This document shows positions 40,371 through 53,290 of a stretch of 64,000 nt of DNA, in pieces. The translations under genes and the position numbers were made by a program. Numbering within the stretch: position 1 is the first letter of the stretch; the number at the start of each line of letters is the position of its first letter. Location: positions 6,138,001 to 6,202,000 of the forward strand of contig NC_043013.1 in assembly GCF_006345805.1 (NCBI RefSeq). Direction: 5' to 3'. The notes under the pieces are model-generated. The model was not told where the DNA came from. It did not search any database and saw only the letters and a list, made by a program, of their open reading frames with translations. Origin of the DNA: Octopus sinensis. Lineage: Eukaryota.

Positions 40371-41688
40371 TCAATATAATATAGTGTACATTTAAATGCA
40401 AGAGAAAACTACCTTTAACAGGTAATTTTTACATGCTAGAAGAAGCAGTCAAAACAGCCAAAACCACATTTAAGAGCAATTTTGGAAGGAAATGAAAAAT
40501 AAAAACTTCTACCTTGTTATTTTTTTTTCTTTTTTATATATCAATGTATATATAATTAGGCTTCAGCAAACTAGTTTCTGTGTCATTACTCGTAATGCAC
40601 ATGGATAATTGAGGAAGAATGCATGTTCTCACTCGTCTGTGGCTGTGTGGTAAGTAGCTTGCTTACCAACCACATGATTCCGGGTTCATTCCCACTGCGT
40701 GGCACCTTGGGCAAGTGTCTTGTATAGCCTCGGGCCGACCAAAGCCTTGTGAGTGGATTTGGTAGATGAAAACTGGAAGAAGCCCGTCGTATATATGTAT
40801 GTGTATATGTTTGTGTGTCTGTGTTTGTCCCCCCACCATTGCTTGACAACCGATGGTGGTGTGTTTACGTCCCCGTAACTTAGCGGTTCAGCAAAAGAGA
40901 CTAATAGAATAAGTACTGGGCTTACAAAGAATAAGTCCTGGGGTCGATTTACTCGACTAAAAGGTGGTGCTCCAGCATGGCCGCAGTCAAATGACTGAAA
41001 CAAGTAAAAGAGAGTAAAAGAGTATATAGGAATGTTTACCTTGGATGAATATCTACAACATCTGAACCAACTAAATGCAAGTAAATACTACATTGAATGA
41101 CATTAGGATACTTATGCAGCAGAAACCCGTGTCAGACTGGAGCATAAAGAGTAATGTAATAAACAAATGTTGAAGATGCATACACACACCGGACAGGCTT
41201 CTTTCAGTTTCCATCTACCAAATCCTCTCACAGGGCTTTGGTCGGCCTGAATCTATAGTAGAAGACACTTGCCCAAGGTGCCACGCAGTGAGACTTAACC
41301 CAGAACTGTGTGGTTGGGAAGCAAACTTCTTGCTACAGACACAGACACACAGACACAGTTATATATAATCTAATATCTATATTATATATATATGTATGTA
41401 TATAATACAATTTTTCTGAATCTTCAGATTTTTCTATATGCTAGACCACTGATTTTAAACTGATATTAATCAAATTCATATTCAATTTTTCACCATTATT
41501 ATTTTAAATATATATATATATATTAGTAATTTGTGGTAAATCATTTTACCTTCGCCTATATAATACAGTAAATGAATTGATTGCATCGCAATCCTTAACA
41601 TTTATGTATTAACTTTGTTGGGTACTTCACTAGCAGTATATTGGATATATGTTATCCCATGGAGGGTTGCATTACAACCCCTATCTCA

Positions 41689-41745
<57 letters not shown>

Positions 41746-42003
41746 TATGATAAATAATTTTAAATCACTTGTGATTACCTGTTTGTACACGCATAGAAAC
41801 ACACACATGCACATTCACACCCACACGTGTGTGCATGCACACACGCACATACACACACATATAAGTATAAATATGTGTGTGTGTGTCTATGTATAACAGT
41901 GTTATGATATTGGGTACATAAATATACTCATCTGTGCGTGCGTGTGTGTTTGTGAGATTGCATGCATGTTTATTTTATATATGTATGTATATTTCTGTCA
42001 CAT

Positions 42004-42053
<50 letters not shown>

Positions 42054-42931
42054 TTGTACATGTCTACATGGAAATAATTGTATGACTTCATAAAATGTTC
42101 TTATTGAAGGTTTATAATTTTCTTGTAATTATGTTTTCTAATTTAATCTCATTAGGGATTAAGTCTAATAACAATAGATATTTAGGTACATAACTTATTG
42201 CCAGTAGGGAACAGCAAGCATAGTGGTGGTGATGGTGGTGGTGATGGTGGTGGTGGTGGTGGTGGTGGTGATGGTGGAGAAACATAAAATATAATAATAT
42301 AAGGAGCCTTTGTTTCATTCTCACCTTAAAACATTTGTAAATAAAGCTTTCATCTAAAAATAGACCAAATATTGATTTAAAACCCTTGACAGAAGGCCAA
42401 TGAATTGTATGTGGAGGCACGTGGCCTAGTGGTCAATGTGTAGGACTCGTGATTGTAAGATTGTGGTTTCACTTCCTGGACTGGATGACACAGTGTGTTC
42501 TTGAGCTAAATATTTCATTTCACATTCCTTCAGTTCACTCACCTGTATACATGCTTAAAGCTTACTAACTTCCTTTATCAGGATCTTTTGGATTGCACTA
42601 CCCATGACTGAGACTCTCCTCTCCTCTCTCTCTAGAGTGAGAGAGAGAGAGAGAGTTTGAAGTGATGTACAGATATTATATATTTAGTATATTAAAATAG
42701 TCAGAATGTTTGATGATTATATACTCTTTTACTCTTTTACTTGTTTCAGTCATTTGACTGCGGCCATGCTGGAGTACCGCCTTTAGTCGAGCAAATCGAC
42801 CCCGGGACTTATTCTTTGTAAGCCCAGTACTTATTCTATCAGTCTCTTTTTGCTGAACCGATGACGGGGATGTAAACACACCAGCATCGGTTGTCAAGCG
42901 ATGCTAGGGGGACAAACACAGACACACAAAC

Positions 42932-42978
<47 letters not shown>

Positions 42979-44329
42979 ATATATATATACATATATACGA
43001 CAGGCTTCTTTCAGTTTCCGTCTACCAAATCCACTCACAAGGCATTGGTCGGCCCAAGGCTATAGCAGAAGACAGTTGCCCAAGATGCCATGCAGTGGGA
43101 CTGAACCTGGAACCATGTGGTTGGTTAGCAAGCTACTTACCACACAGCCACATTTTTTATTTATATTTTATTTACACTTTTAGCACTTTCTTCTGTTATC
43201 AGATTTATTAAAAAGTGGTTTAAAGTTAGATGGAAGAAAGGGCTAAAAGTATAAATAAAATGTTAATAAAAATATATATAATCACCCAACATTCTGACTA
43301 CCTTATTATTCTATATATATATATTTCTTTATTACCCACAAGGGGCTAAACATAGAGAGGACAAACAAGGACAGACAAAGGGATTAAGTCGATTACATCG
43401 ACCCCAGTGCGAAGCTGGTACTTTTATTTATCAACCAGAAAGGATGAAAGGCAAAGTCGACCTCGGCGGAATTTGAACTCAGAACGTAACGACAGATTAA
43501 ATACCGCTAAGCATTCCGCCCGGCGCGCTAACGTGTCTGCCAGCTCACCGCCTTATTCTATATATATATATAAAAGATCACAATGAGGGCTAGAATTTGC
43601 ATTCTAGTGGTTTACTAACTACAGCACTCTTACGGTGTCTATTGATTTCGATCATCAGTGGCCTAAAACCTTCTATTAAAAAGCACCATCCGTTCATGGC
43701 CGTTTGCCAGACTCATCTGGCACCACCATCCGTTCGTGACCGTTGCCGACCCGACTGGCCTCGTGCCGGTGGCACATAAAAAGCACCATCTGTCTGTGGC
43801 CGTTTGCCAGCTCCGTCTGGCACCTGTGCGGGTGGCACGTAAAAAGCACCCACTACACTCACGGAGTGGTTGGCATTAGGAAGGGCATCCAGCCGTAGAA
43901 ACACTGCCAGATCAGACTGGGCCTGATGCAGCCTTCTGGCTTCACAGACCCCAGTTGAACCGTCCAACCCATGCTAGCATGGAAAGCGGACGCTAAATGA
44001 TGATGATGATGATGATGATGATATACAGTGCTGGTGCCACTTCAAAACCATCCAGTGTACACTGTAAAGTGATTAGTATTTGGAAGAGCATCCAGCTTAA
44101 AAAATCCATGCCAAAACTGACCTCACATGTGCTGGTGCCACGTAAAAAGAACTTAGCTTACTCTGCAGGGTGGGTGATATTAGGAATGGCATCCAGCTGT
44201 AAAAAACTGTGCTAATATGGTGCAGGTTTCTGCCTGGCCAGCTCCTGTCAAACTGTGCAACCTATGCCAGCATGGAAGAAGGACATGAAATAATGATGAT
44301 GATGATATATATACCTGGTATGTAGCCAG

Positions 44330-44870
44330 TCGACTTATACATACCTTTCCTTCTTGGGACACAAAACTCCACTTGTGAAGACCCGTTGAGGCAAGTGAAA
44401 ATCAAAAAATCAAAATCAAATCAGATATCAGAAAGCAGAACCAAAATCGAAGTCGATCAACATCAATGGAAATTGCGGCTGTGATACCAGTGCCGGTGAC
44501 ACGTAAAAAGCACCATCCATTCGTGGCCGTTGCCAGTGCCGCCCCGACTGGCCTCCGTGCCGGTGGCACGTAAAAGCACCATCTGTTCGTGTCCGTTGCC
44601 AGCCTCGCCTGGCCCCTGTGCCGGTGGCATGTAAAAGCACCATCCGTTCGTGGCCGTTTGCCAGCACCATCTGGCACCTGTGCAGGTGGCACGTAAAAAG
44701 CACCCACTACACTCACGGAGTGGTTGGCGTTAGGAAGGGCATCCAGCCGTAGAAACACTGCCAGATCAGACTGGAGCCTGGTGCAGCATTCTGGCTTCAC
44801 AAACCCCAGTTGAACCGTCCAACCCATGCTAGCATGGAAAGCGGACGCTAAATGATGATGATGATGATGA
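44330..44870 (+). mobile_element. SINE or LINE 3'-tail family C with variable GC-rich internal tandem units and a (GAT)n tail
   Basis: Repeated ggtggcacgtaaaaagcacc units, then ggagtggttggcgttaggaagggcatccagc...aaacgatgatgat. Further copies near 7000, 23160, 43680, 56590 and 60538 (+), and 12383, 16320, 17520 and 58185 (-). Confidence 0.8.
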
Positions 44871-45092
44871 TATATATATATATGTATATATTAAAGTGTG
44901 TTTGGAGGGATATATTATCTGGGTTATGCTGTATTAGCTCTCAGTTAAGTTTCGGTTAATGGTTAACCAATTTGATTGGTATTTTAATGTCTATGACTAC
45001 AATTTATTACTTGTGACTCTGTGAATTGTTCCGATGGGTAATTCCGTGTATGCTTTGCTGGACGTTAAAAATTGATTGAATTATATATTTTT

Positions 45093-45245
45093 ATTAATAA
45101 TGAAGAGTATGGAGACTTGTACATTCACAAAATTTATTTTATAATCTTATACAGCGTATTATAATGACCAGTAATATAATATACTGTATAAGGTTATAAA
45201 ATAAATTTTCTGAATGTACAAGTTTCCATACTCTTTATTACTAAT
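45093..45245. repeat. AT-rich foldback with ~70-bp arms
   Basis: attaataatgaagagtatggagacttgtacattcacaaaatttattttataatcttatacag is inverted in ctgtataaggttataaaataaattttctgaatgtacaagtttccatactctttattactaat. Confidence 0.8.
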
Positions 45246-46638
45246 AATATTATAGACACACAGACGCACAACGGGTTTCCACTATGTTTTACCTGCCATT
45301 TTCATTCACAAGGCATTGGTTGAAGCAGGCCTATGGTGAAAACACTTGCACAATGAGACATATTAGGATTGAACCTGATACTATGGAGTTGCAGAGTGGG
45401 ATACTTAACCACACAGCCACACCTAATGTTTAAGTTTCTCACAAAAATTGATGAAATAAAGCCATAAGCACCCAGCACACCCTGTAAAGTGGTTGGTGTT
45501 AGGAAGGGTATCCAGCTGTAGAAATTGTGCCCAATCAGACTGGAGTCTGATGCAGCCTCACAGCTTGCCAGCTCTGGTCACACCATCCAACCCATGCTAG
45601 CATAGACAACAGACGTTAAATCAGATGATGATGATGATGATGGTGATAGTGAATCGGTGCAGGTGTGACTGTGTCATTGACGAGCTCACTTCCCAACCAC
45701 ATGGTTTTAGTTTCAATCCCAGCACATAGCATATCTTGGCCATGTGCTTTCTTATATATCCTCTGGCCAACCAAAACCTTTGAGTAGATTTGGTAGATGG
45801 GAACTGAAAGAAGCCCAACATATATACATATATACTGCATGGCACCTTGGGCAAGTACCTTTTAGTATAGCCTTGGGTCTACAAAAGACTTGTGAGTGGA
45901 TTTGGTAGACGAAAACTGGAAAAAGCCCATTCTATAAATACATATACGTATATATTTATGTGTGTGTCTTTGTATCGGTGTTTGTCCCCCTCACCTCCAC
46001 TAACATCATTTGTGTTTATGTCTCTGTAACTTAGTAGTTTGGCAAAGGAGAACGAGAGAATAAGTACTAGGCTTACAAAGAATAAGTCCTGGGATCAATT
46101 TGCTCAACTAAAGGTGGTGCTCCAGCATGGCCGCAGTCAAATGACTGAAACAGGTAAAAGAATAAAAGAAGTATTAAACCTCATCTTTACAGATGAAAAC
46201 TGATGAAATCTGTTTTAATATTTATTTACATCTTCAAAGGTTGTGAGAGATGGCAGAATTGTTATCACACCTAGCAAAATACTTAGTGGAATTTTTGACC
46301 ATCTTTACTGGGTGCCAGGCAATGGGACTAAACCCCAGATCATTCAGAGCAAACATGTCTGGTCATGTGGAAAAATTACCTTGCTTGGAAAAGGGTAAGA
46401 GTTGGCAATAGGGAAGACATCCAGCTGTAGAAAATCTGCATCCATAAACTCCGTCCAATTCATGTAAGCATAAAAAAGGGGACGGTAAAATAACAGTGAT
46501 GAAATAGGGATTAAAGCAGCTTCCTTTTTACATTGTAAAAGGGGAGATGAGATATATTTATATGAGTCTCTTGTTTTTAGACATGTTTCTCATTGGTTTT
46601 ATTTTCATTCCAGATCACTCCATGTTCCTCCAGATTTT

Positions 46639-46867
46639 ATGATGAATTCTCATCCGATTTCCAAAAAAGGCTGGCTCAGGAAGCTCGGCGGGATTGTGAA
46701 GACTTGGCAGAGACGTTGGATTGTACTCAATGGAAACATCTTGTTTTACTTCACCAGAGAAGATGACCAGAAGTCCCTTGGTTCAATCCTTCTCCCCGGC
46801 AACAGGGCCTTTGCCCATTCTTATAGTCCTGGCAATCCAGATAAATATATTTTTGAAATTGAACCAG
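46639..46867 (+). CDS. ARHGAP24: ARHGAP22/24/25-family RhoGAP, exon encoding the N-terminal part of the PH domain
   Basis: Translates MMNSHPISKKGWLRKLGGIVKTWQRRWIVLNGNILFYFTREDDQKSLGSILLPGN...KYIFEIEP, the PH signature of ARHGAP24/22/25. Phase-1 donor CCAG|GTATTA at 46868. Candidate acceptors at 46613 (ttcattccag) and 46633 (ttcctccag). ATG 46639 may be the start or internal. Confidence 0.9.
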
Positions 46868-47877
46868 GTATTATTTGTCTTTTTATCTTTTACTTGTTTC
46901 AATCACTAGACTGCGCCCATGCTGGGGCATCACCTTAAAGAATTTTAGTTGAACAAATTAACCCCAGTTCTTATATTATTTTTGTTTTTGTTTTTAAGCC
47001 TTGTACTTATTCTATTAAAAAAATAGTCTCTTTTGCCAAACTGCTAAGTTATGGGGACATAAACACATCAATGCTAGTTGTCAAGCCAGTAGTGGGACAC
47101 ATACACACACACACACACATGATGGGCTTCTTTCAGTTTCCATCCACCAAATCCACTCACAAGGCTTTGGTCAGTCCAAGGCTCAAGTAGAAGACATTTG
47201 TCCAAGATGACATGCAGTGGGATTGAACTCAGAACCATGTGGTTGGGAAGCAAACTTCTTAACCGTACAGTCACACCTGTACCTATAAAAGTGAGATGCT
47301 TCCAGCTCCTAGGTTTCCCAAGCGGTCACCTACATGGGAATTGGTGGTTCCAACATGATATGGCCATATTTTATACAATTTGATTATCTTGTTTTCGTTT
47401 TGACTGCTTTCTGTTATAGCATTCTGGCCATGCTGGGGCACTGTTTGCAAAAATATACAAACAATTACATTGACCACATTTTATTAACCTTGGTAGGTGA
47501 AAGGCAAAGTAGACTTGTATGGGATTTGAACTCACATCATAAGGGAATGTAACCATTTAAATGCCACAATGTATTTTGGTTGATATTTTACCTGTTTTAA
47601 AATTCATTTGCCATATTTATTTAGAAAATAATATTTTACACTTTTAAAGGCAGCGAGCTGGCAGAAACGTTGGTATGTCAGGCGAACTGTTTAGCAGTAT
47701 TTCTTCTGTCTCTACGTTCTGAGTTCAAATTCTGCTGTAGTCAACTTTGCCTTTCATCCTTTCAGGGTTGATAAGTTAAGTACCAGTTGCATACTGGGGT
47801 CAATCTAATCGACTGGCTCCCTCCCACAAAATTTTGAGCCTTGTTTCTAGAGTAGAAAAGAATATTTTACATTTTTT

Positions 47878-47934
<57 letters not shown>

Positions 47935-48144
47935 AAAAATTCATTACATAGTACAAAACATACACATAGGTCAGAAACTGAAGGACCGTAATTCTTCATT
48001 GGTTATTGATAAAAAGATACAAATACTCAGTTTTGTGTGTGTATATATATATATGGGCAATAAAGAAATAAATGTGTAGGAGCTGCTACAATTGACTTCT
48101 GTCCTTTCTATAACTGTATGGCTTTTCTTGGGGGTAATTATCAG

Positions 48145-48159
48145 AAGCTGCTGCTGCTG

Positions 48160-48221
<62 letters not shown>

Positions 48222-48250
48222 GCTACTACTACTGCTACTGCTACTACTGT
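48145..48250 (+). repeat. (CTG)n/(CTA)n microsatellite abutting a 3' splice site
   Basis: Ends about 10 nt upstream of the AG at 48259-48260. Confidence 0.95.
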
Positions 48251-48260
48251 AATGTTTCAG

Positions 48261-48386
48261 ACAAGAATATGAAAGCTTCAAACCCGACACCTCACGAAGT
48301 CTCCTTGTTCTGTTGCGAGTCAGAAGCCGAGAGGCAAGAATGGATTCGTGCCATACGGAAAGTGATCTACGGACCAAATGGAGGGG
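48261..48386 (+). CDS. ARHGAP24: ARHGAP22/24/25-family exon, C-terminal PH helix
   Basis: Acceptor tttcag at 48260 and donor GTAAGC at 48387. 126 nt, phase 1-1. Joined to the previous exon it reads EP-D-KNMKASNPTPHEVSLFCCESEAERQEWIRAIRKVIYGPNGG, matching the family motif W..IR.VI.GP.GG. Confidence 0.92.
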
Positions 48387-48786
48387 GTAAGCAAGTGTTT
48401 CTTCTGTATTTCTTATTACACACACACACACACACAAAAAGAAAACCATGTTTTGTTTTTGTTGTTGTTTTCATTTTAACCTCTAGCCAGCCCTGCCTGA
48501 GCAGGCTGCATTCAAACTGTGAGCCCTTTGTCATCCTTTATTCAAATATAACATACCAACTTGTAGTGGTATGCTTTGTCTGTATTTAAAGCTATGTTCT
48601 CTGCTGAAGAAGTGTTTAGCCTTATGGGTTCCATTACAGTCTTCAAGTCGTATTTATCACAGGTGCTGGTATGGCTGGGTGCTTAAGGAGTTTGAAGAAG
48701 ACTTTACATTAAATAACCGTAGTGGCTTGTGTTAGTAATTAAGTAAACATACACTCATACATACATACATACATACATACATACAT

Positions 48787-48826
<40 letters not shown>

Positions 48827-48888
48827 ACATACATACACACACACATACATACATACACACATACATACATACATATACATACATACAT

Positions 48889-48919
<31 letters not shown>

Positions 48920-49149
48920 TACACACACAGTATTGAAGCTTGAGAACAATCAGATACATTTGCAACACATCTGTTGAAAATATTATTGTTCACACACATA
49001 CATATACATATATACATACAGACAGACAGACAGATAGACACACACACACACACACATGATCCAGCATGGCCACAACCTCAAGGCTGAAACATATAAAAGA
49101 ATAACAGAATATAAATGTGTGCATGTGTGTGAGAGAGAGAGTGTGTGTG

Positions 49150-49181
<32 letters not shown>

Positions 49182-49279
49182 TGTATGTATATATATATAA
49201 TAATGCGGTTTTTTCAACAGCTTGAACTAAAAGTCAGAGGGGAATGGGATAAACTACTTATATTAACTTGCTATAAAAG

Positions 49280-49632
49280 CAGGTAGTAATTTTATCTTGT
49301 CCTTATTCATAGTGCAAGTTTTGAAGAGTGCATTTCGATTTTAACAGCTATTTTTTTCAAAGCTATATTGGAACAGCCTAGAAGACGAGCCTCATCCTGA
49401 AAGATCTGTAGAACTCGACAAGGACATCCTGAAAACCCTGGTGGAACAAAATCTCATCGTAACTGTTGAGGAACTAGCAGAGAAGCTTGGATTTGGTCAT
49501 TCAACCATTCATTGAGACCTGTGTGCTATCGGAAAAGTCAGCAAATTGGGTCAATGGGTTCCTCACGAACTTTCCGAGTCTAATTGCATGCAGAGAGTGA
49601 ATGTATGCTTTTCTTTGCTGTCACATCTCACC
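49280..49632 (+). pseudogene. Mariner transposase fragment (HTH to WVPHEL)
   Basis: Reads LEDEPHPERSVELDKDILKTLVEQNLIVTVEELAEKLGFGHSTIH*DLCAIGKVSKLGQWVPHELSES, with the diagnostic WVPHEL motif and an internal stop. Confidence 0.9.
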
Positions 49633-49650
49633 ACTACTGCGCTATGTATA

Positions 49651-50286
49651 TCTATATATATAAAACTGTAGTTGTGTGAGTGTCTGTCCCCTTCGATTTA
49701 GATTCCTAACTACTCCCACATTTTGCGGTGCAGTTTAACCAAATTCGGGTAGCTTATAGTCGTGATTCATATCGAGCCCGTCTGAGTATTAGCGCACGTC
49801 TATGATGAGTCTACGATTTTAAAAATAATTTAACATCATTTTTTATTCCATTTTAATGCATAATTTTTCGTGTGTCGATGGCGGCAGAGTTGGCGTCCAC
49901 GCTCACACCTGCACCTGTGGGGAAGGGAGTGTAAGGAAATCAACGTCGTAATGCGTTGTCAAGGAGACCAGCGTTCTTTTAGAACAACGACTTCATGGCT
50001 TGAAGACACCAAAACAGAAATGGCTAAGAAAGCGTCTACATGAGTCTACGATTTAAAAAAAATTTACCATCGTTTTTTTTCCATTTTAATGCATTTTTTC
50101 GCTATTATATAAGGGAAGTAACTCTCTGAAAATGTCTACGATGAGTCAACGATTTTTCAAAAAATTTACCATCATATTTTTTCCATTTTTAATGCATTTT
50201 TTGCTATTTTTTGGCTATAACTCTCTAAAAATGCTTATATAGTTATTTCCCTTACAAACCCGAGCAACGCCGGGCGATACTGCTAG
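49651..50286 (+). mobile_element. Non-autonomous Helitron
   Basis: Boundaries A|TCTATATATATAAAAC and cccgagcaacgccggg hairpin followed by CTAG|T, with no TSD. Shares its body with 51243-51638. Confidence 0.8.
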
Positions 50287-51242
50287 TCTATATATAAAAT
50301 CATCTCTTATTATAAAAGGCAGATTTTATCTGCCTCCCTTTGGGAGTTATACAAATCTACAATATAGGATTTCTTCAATTACAATTTACCTAGCATTTTT
50401 AAGAGTACAATGCATCGCGTCATGCCAGGTCCAGTTTTTAAAATTTAAACTCCAATTAAGCAAAATTTACAGAAAACTCACATTCTGGTGTGTGTGTCAA
50501 ATGCTTTTCTTAGTCTGGTTTACACCACACGCAAACGCACACACACAGTGGGCAACGAATAAAATGAAAGTAAATAGCGACAGAGTGATTTGAGGAAGAT
50601 TAAACTGAAAGTATTTAAACCACTACTCAAAAAATAAAAAAACACAGCAAACAGAAACAAATAAATACATAACCATTTATTCCTCACACAATTTCTTCAA
50701 TTAGAATTTACCTAAGATTTTTCAGAGTACTTCAGTGGGTGATGCCATAAAAAATTTCTTTCAATTTTACCACCAATTAAGACAAAATTCGAGAAAACTC
50801 AATATTTTAACATATCACTCCGAAAGCATTGATGTACATGTGTGCGTGCGTGAGTGTGTGTGTGTGTCATTCCTCACACACACGCATACACATACATATA
50901 CAACTACATACAACTACATACACATACAACTACATACAAACACGTGTGTGTTTGTTATTAGTAAAAAAGGCGCCAAAACTCAACTCACTTATCATTCCAA
51001 CACATTTGCAAAGACACACGGACGGACAGAAAAGGTAACTTGGTTTTTATTTTACTCTGTATTAATTCCGTGAATTATGGGAGATTTTTTTCCGAAATTT
51101 GTTCCTATTGTGTTTTCAAAATATGTAATTCTGACAAAAAATGGATGCGAATTTCATTATATCAAGCAGCGAGTCAGAATTCGAAGGATTTTCTACTGAA
51201 GACCTTCATAAATCTAACTCTATGACTGAAAAAAAAAAAGCA

Positions 51243-51638
51243 TCTTTATATAAGAGTGAAGTTGTGTGTCTGTCTCCTACGATTTAGATTCCTAACTACT
51301 CCCACATTTTGCGGTGCAGTTTAACCAAAAGCGGGTATCTTATAGTCGTGATTCATATCGAGCCCTTCTGGGTATTAGCGTGCGTCTACGATGAGTCTAC
51401 GATTTAAAAAAAATTTACCATCATATTTTTCCATTTTAATGCATTTTTTTTCGCTTTTATATAAGGGAAGTAACTCTCTAAAATTATCTACGATGTGTCA
51501 ACGATTTAAAAAAAAATTTATCTTAATTTTTTTTCAATTTTTAATGCATTTTTTTGCTATTTTTTGGCTATAACTCTCTAAAAATGCTTATATATTTATT
51601 TCCCTTACAATCCGAGCAACGCTGGGCGATACTGCTAG
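51243..51638 (+). mobile_element. Non-autonomous Helitron, same family as 49651-50286 but shorter
   Basis: Boundaries A|TCTTTATATAAG and ccgagcaacgctgggcgatactgCTAG|T. Confidence 0.8.
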
Positions 51639-51639
51639 T

Positions 51640-52507
51640 AACATATAAACATATAAATAAAAATATAAATTAAAAGAAAGTAAAACTATGCGAGGTGTAA
51701 ATATGGTGAGTGCAAACGAAAGAGAAGACGTTAACAGTAATAGAAAAAGACACTGAAAATAAAATGATAAACTACCTATAAAAAAGTACGTTTAAATATT
51801 TGTTGTGCAAGATTTTTTATGTGAAGTCGTGTGTTGAAACAGATATTGTTATATTTCGGAATGGTCATATTGCCAGTTTAGCCAATAAAAACACATGCAC
51901 TATATATTTGGTGTTATTTTGCTTCAGTGATATTTATTTTTTATTGGCTAAACTGGCAGTATGACCATTCCGAAATATAACAATACCTATAAAAAAATTA
52001 TACAACATATATAAATTATATAACAACAGGAAGGCATCGAAGTCGTTGTACAGCAAAGATAGGTAAGAGAGCTCTGAGAACAAATGTCTACATTAGTAGA
52101 ATAGATCAGAAAATTTACAATTAAAGATTAAGAATTAAACTTTTGAACTTTTTGCCTTACAAAAATGTACTCCAGAAATGGCTGTTGAAAGGACTTCCTC
52201 TAATAACAAGTCTCTATCCTTAATTCTTAATCTTTAATTGCAAATTTTCTGATCTATTCTACTAATGTAGATATTTGCTCTCTGAACTGTTTCACCTATC
52301 TTTGCTGTACAACGACTTCGATGCCTTCCTATTGTTATATAATTTATATATGTTGTATAATTTTTTTATAGGTAGTTTATCATTTTATTTTCAGTGTCTT
52401 TTTCTATTACTGTTAATGTCTTCTCTTTCGTTTGCACTCACCATATTTACACCTCACATATTTTTACTTTCTTTTAATTTATATTTTTATTTATATATTT
52501 ATATGTT
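51640..52507. mobile_element. Long foldback element (288-bp arms, 81-bp spacer) with a nested insertion in the left arm
   Basis: 51640-52138 minus the insert is the reverse complement of 52220-52507. Insert 51786-51983 is flanked by a 13-bp duplication TACCTATAAAAAA. Confidence 0.85.
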
Positions 52508-52788
52508 ATGATTTTATATATATATATATATAAATTTGTATTGATCTGTATTAATATGGATTAATGTATTTTTTTTAAAGTATTTTAAAAATTTCACGTC
52601 TATGTGTTTTTGGTTTGGGAATTTACTGATTGACCTAAACATTATTTCTGAGTTCACCTCTTCAATTATAATTTGTCTCAGATTCATTCTGAGCACATTT
52701 CAGTTACAGCTCATATATCTAGAAAGAAAGGTTTAATAGTATATGTATGTACACACACACACATGTGTATATATGTTTGTACACATAC

Positions 52789-52870
<82 letters not shown>

Positions 52871-53161
52871 CATATGTATATATATGCATATATTAATAAT
52901 AAAAGGGTAAAATTAATTAATTAATTAATAATTTCACCAAGTAGATCGGTACGTTAAAATAACCTTTTTAGGTAAAATTGTGCAAATATTCTATAATTAT
53001 AAACATAATTATAATTAGGGGTCAGCTAATTGCCTCACCACATACCGAATTTAGAAATAGGAGTTAAAAATTCCTATTCTACTACCGTAAGAATCTTCCA
53101 GACAGTAACATATTTTATGTAGGCAAAAAGAAAAATAATGAATCCTCACGACTCCGATTAA

Positions 53162-53221
53162 CCACATACGCGTTTCTAGATTAAAGTATATTCACTTATT
53201 TATTTCTCATCATCAGTGTAG
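53162..53221 (-). ncRNA. Candidate dimer-type hammerhead ribozyme
   Basis: Minus strand reads CTACA-CTGATGA-tgaga...tcta-GAA-ACGCGT-A^TGTGG. Stem I 5 bp (one G.U), palindromic ACGCGT stem III, GUA site. Confidence 0.55.
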
Positions 53222-53290
53222 CATTCTGAGTATAAAATTTGAAAGTGTTAGGATTAAATATGTACACTATCGAGCGTCATCGTGCAACGT

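Noticed and set aside
39620-40384. 254-aa Y/I/C/V ORF and the many similar HT/CV/YI ORFs
   Set aside because: Dinucleotide microsatellite read-through.
43635-43665. Minus-strand CTGATGA-TC-GAAA-TCAA-TA ultra-minimal hammerhead-like string
   Set aside because: No stem I complementarity and stem III is not palindromic, so it could be chance or a heavily decayed copy.
48092-48260. ORF extension giving poly-Cys/Tyr upstream of the second PH exon
   Set aside because: It is an intronic (CTG)/(CTA) microsatellite. The AG at 48260 gives the family-consistent junction.
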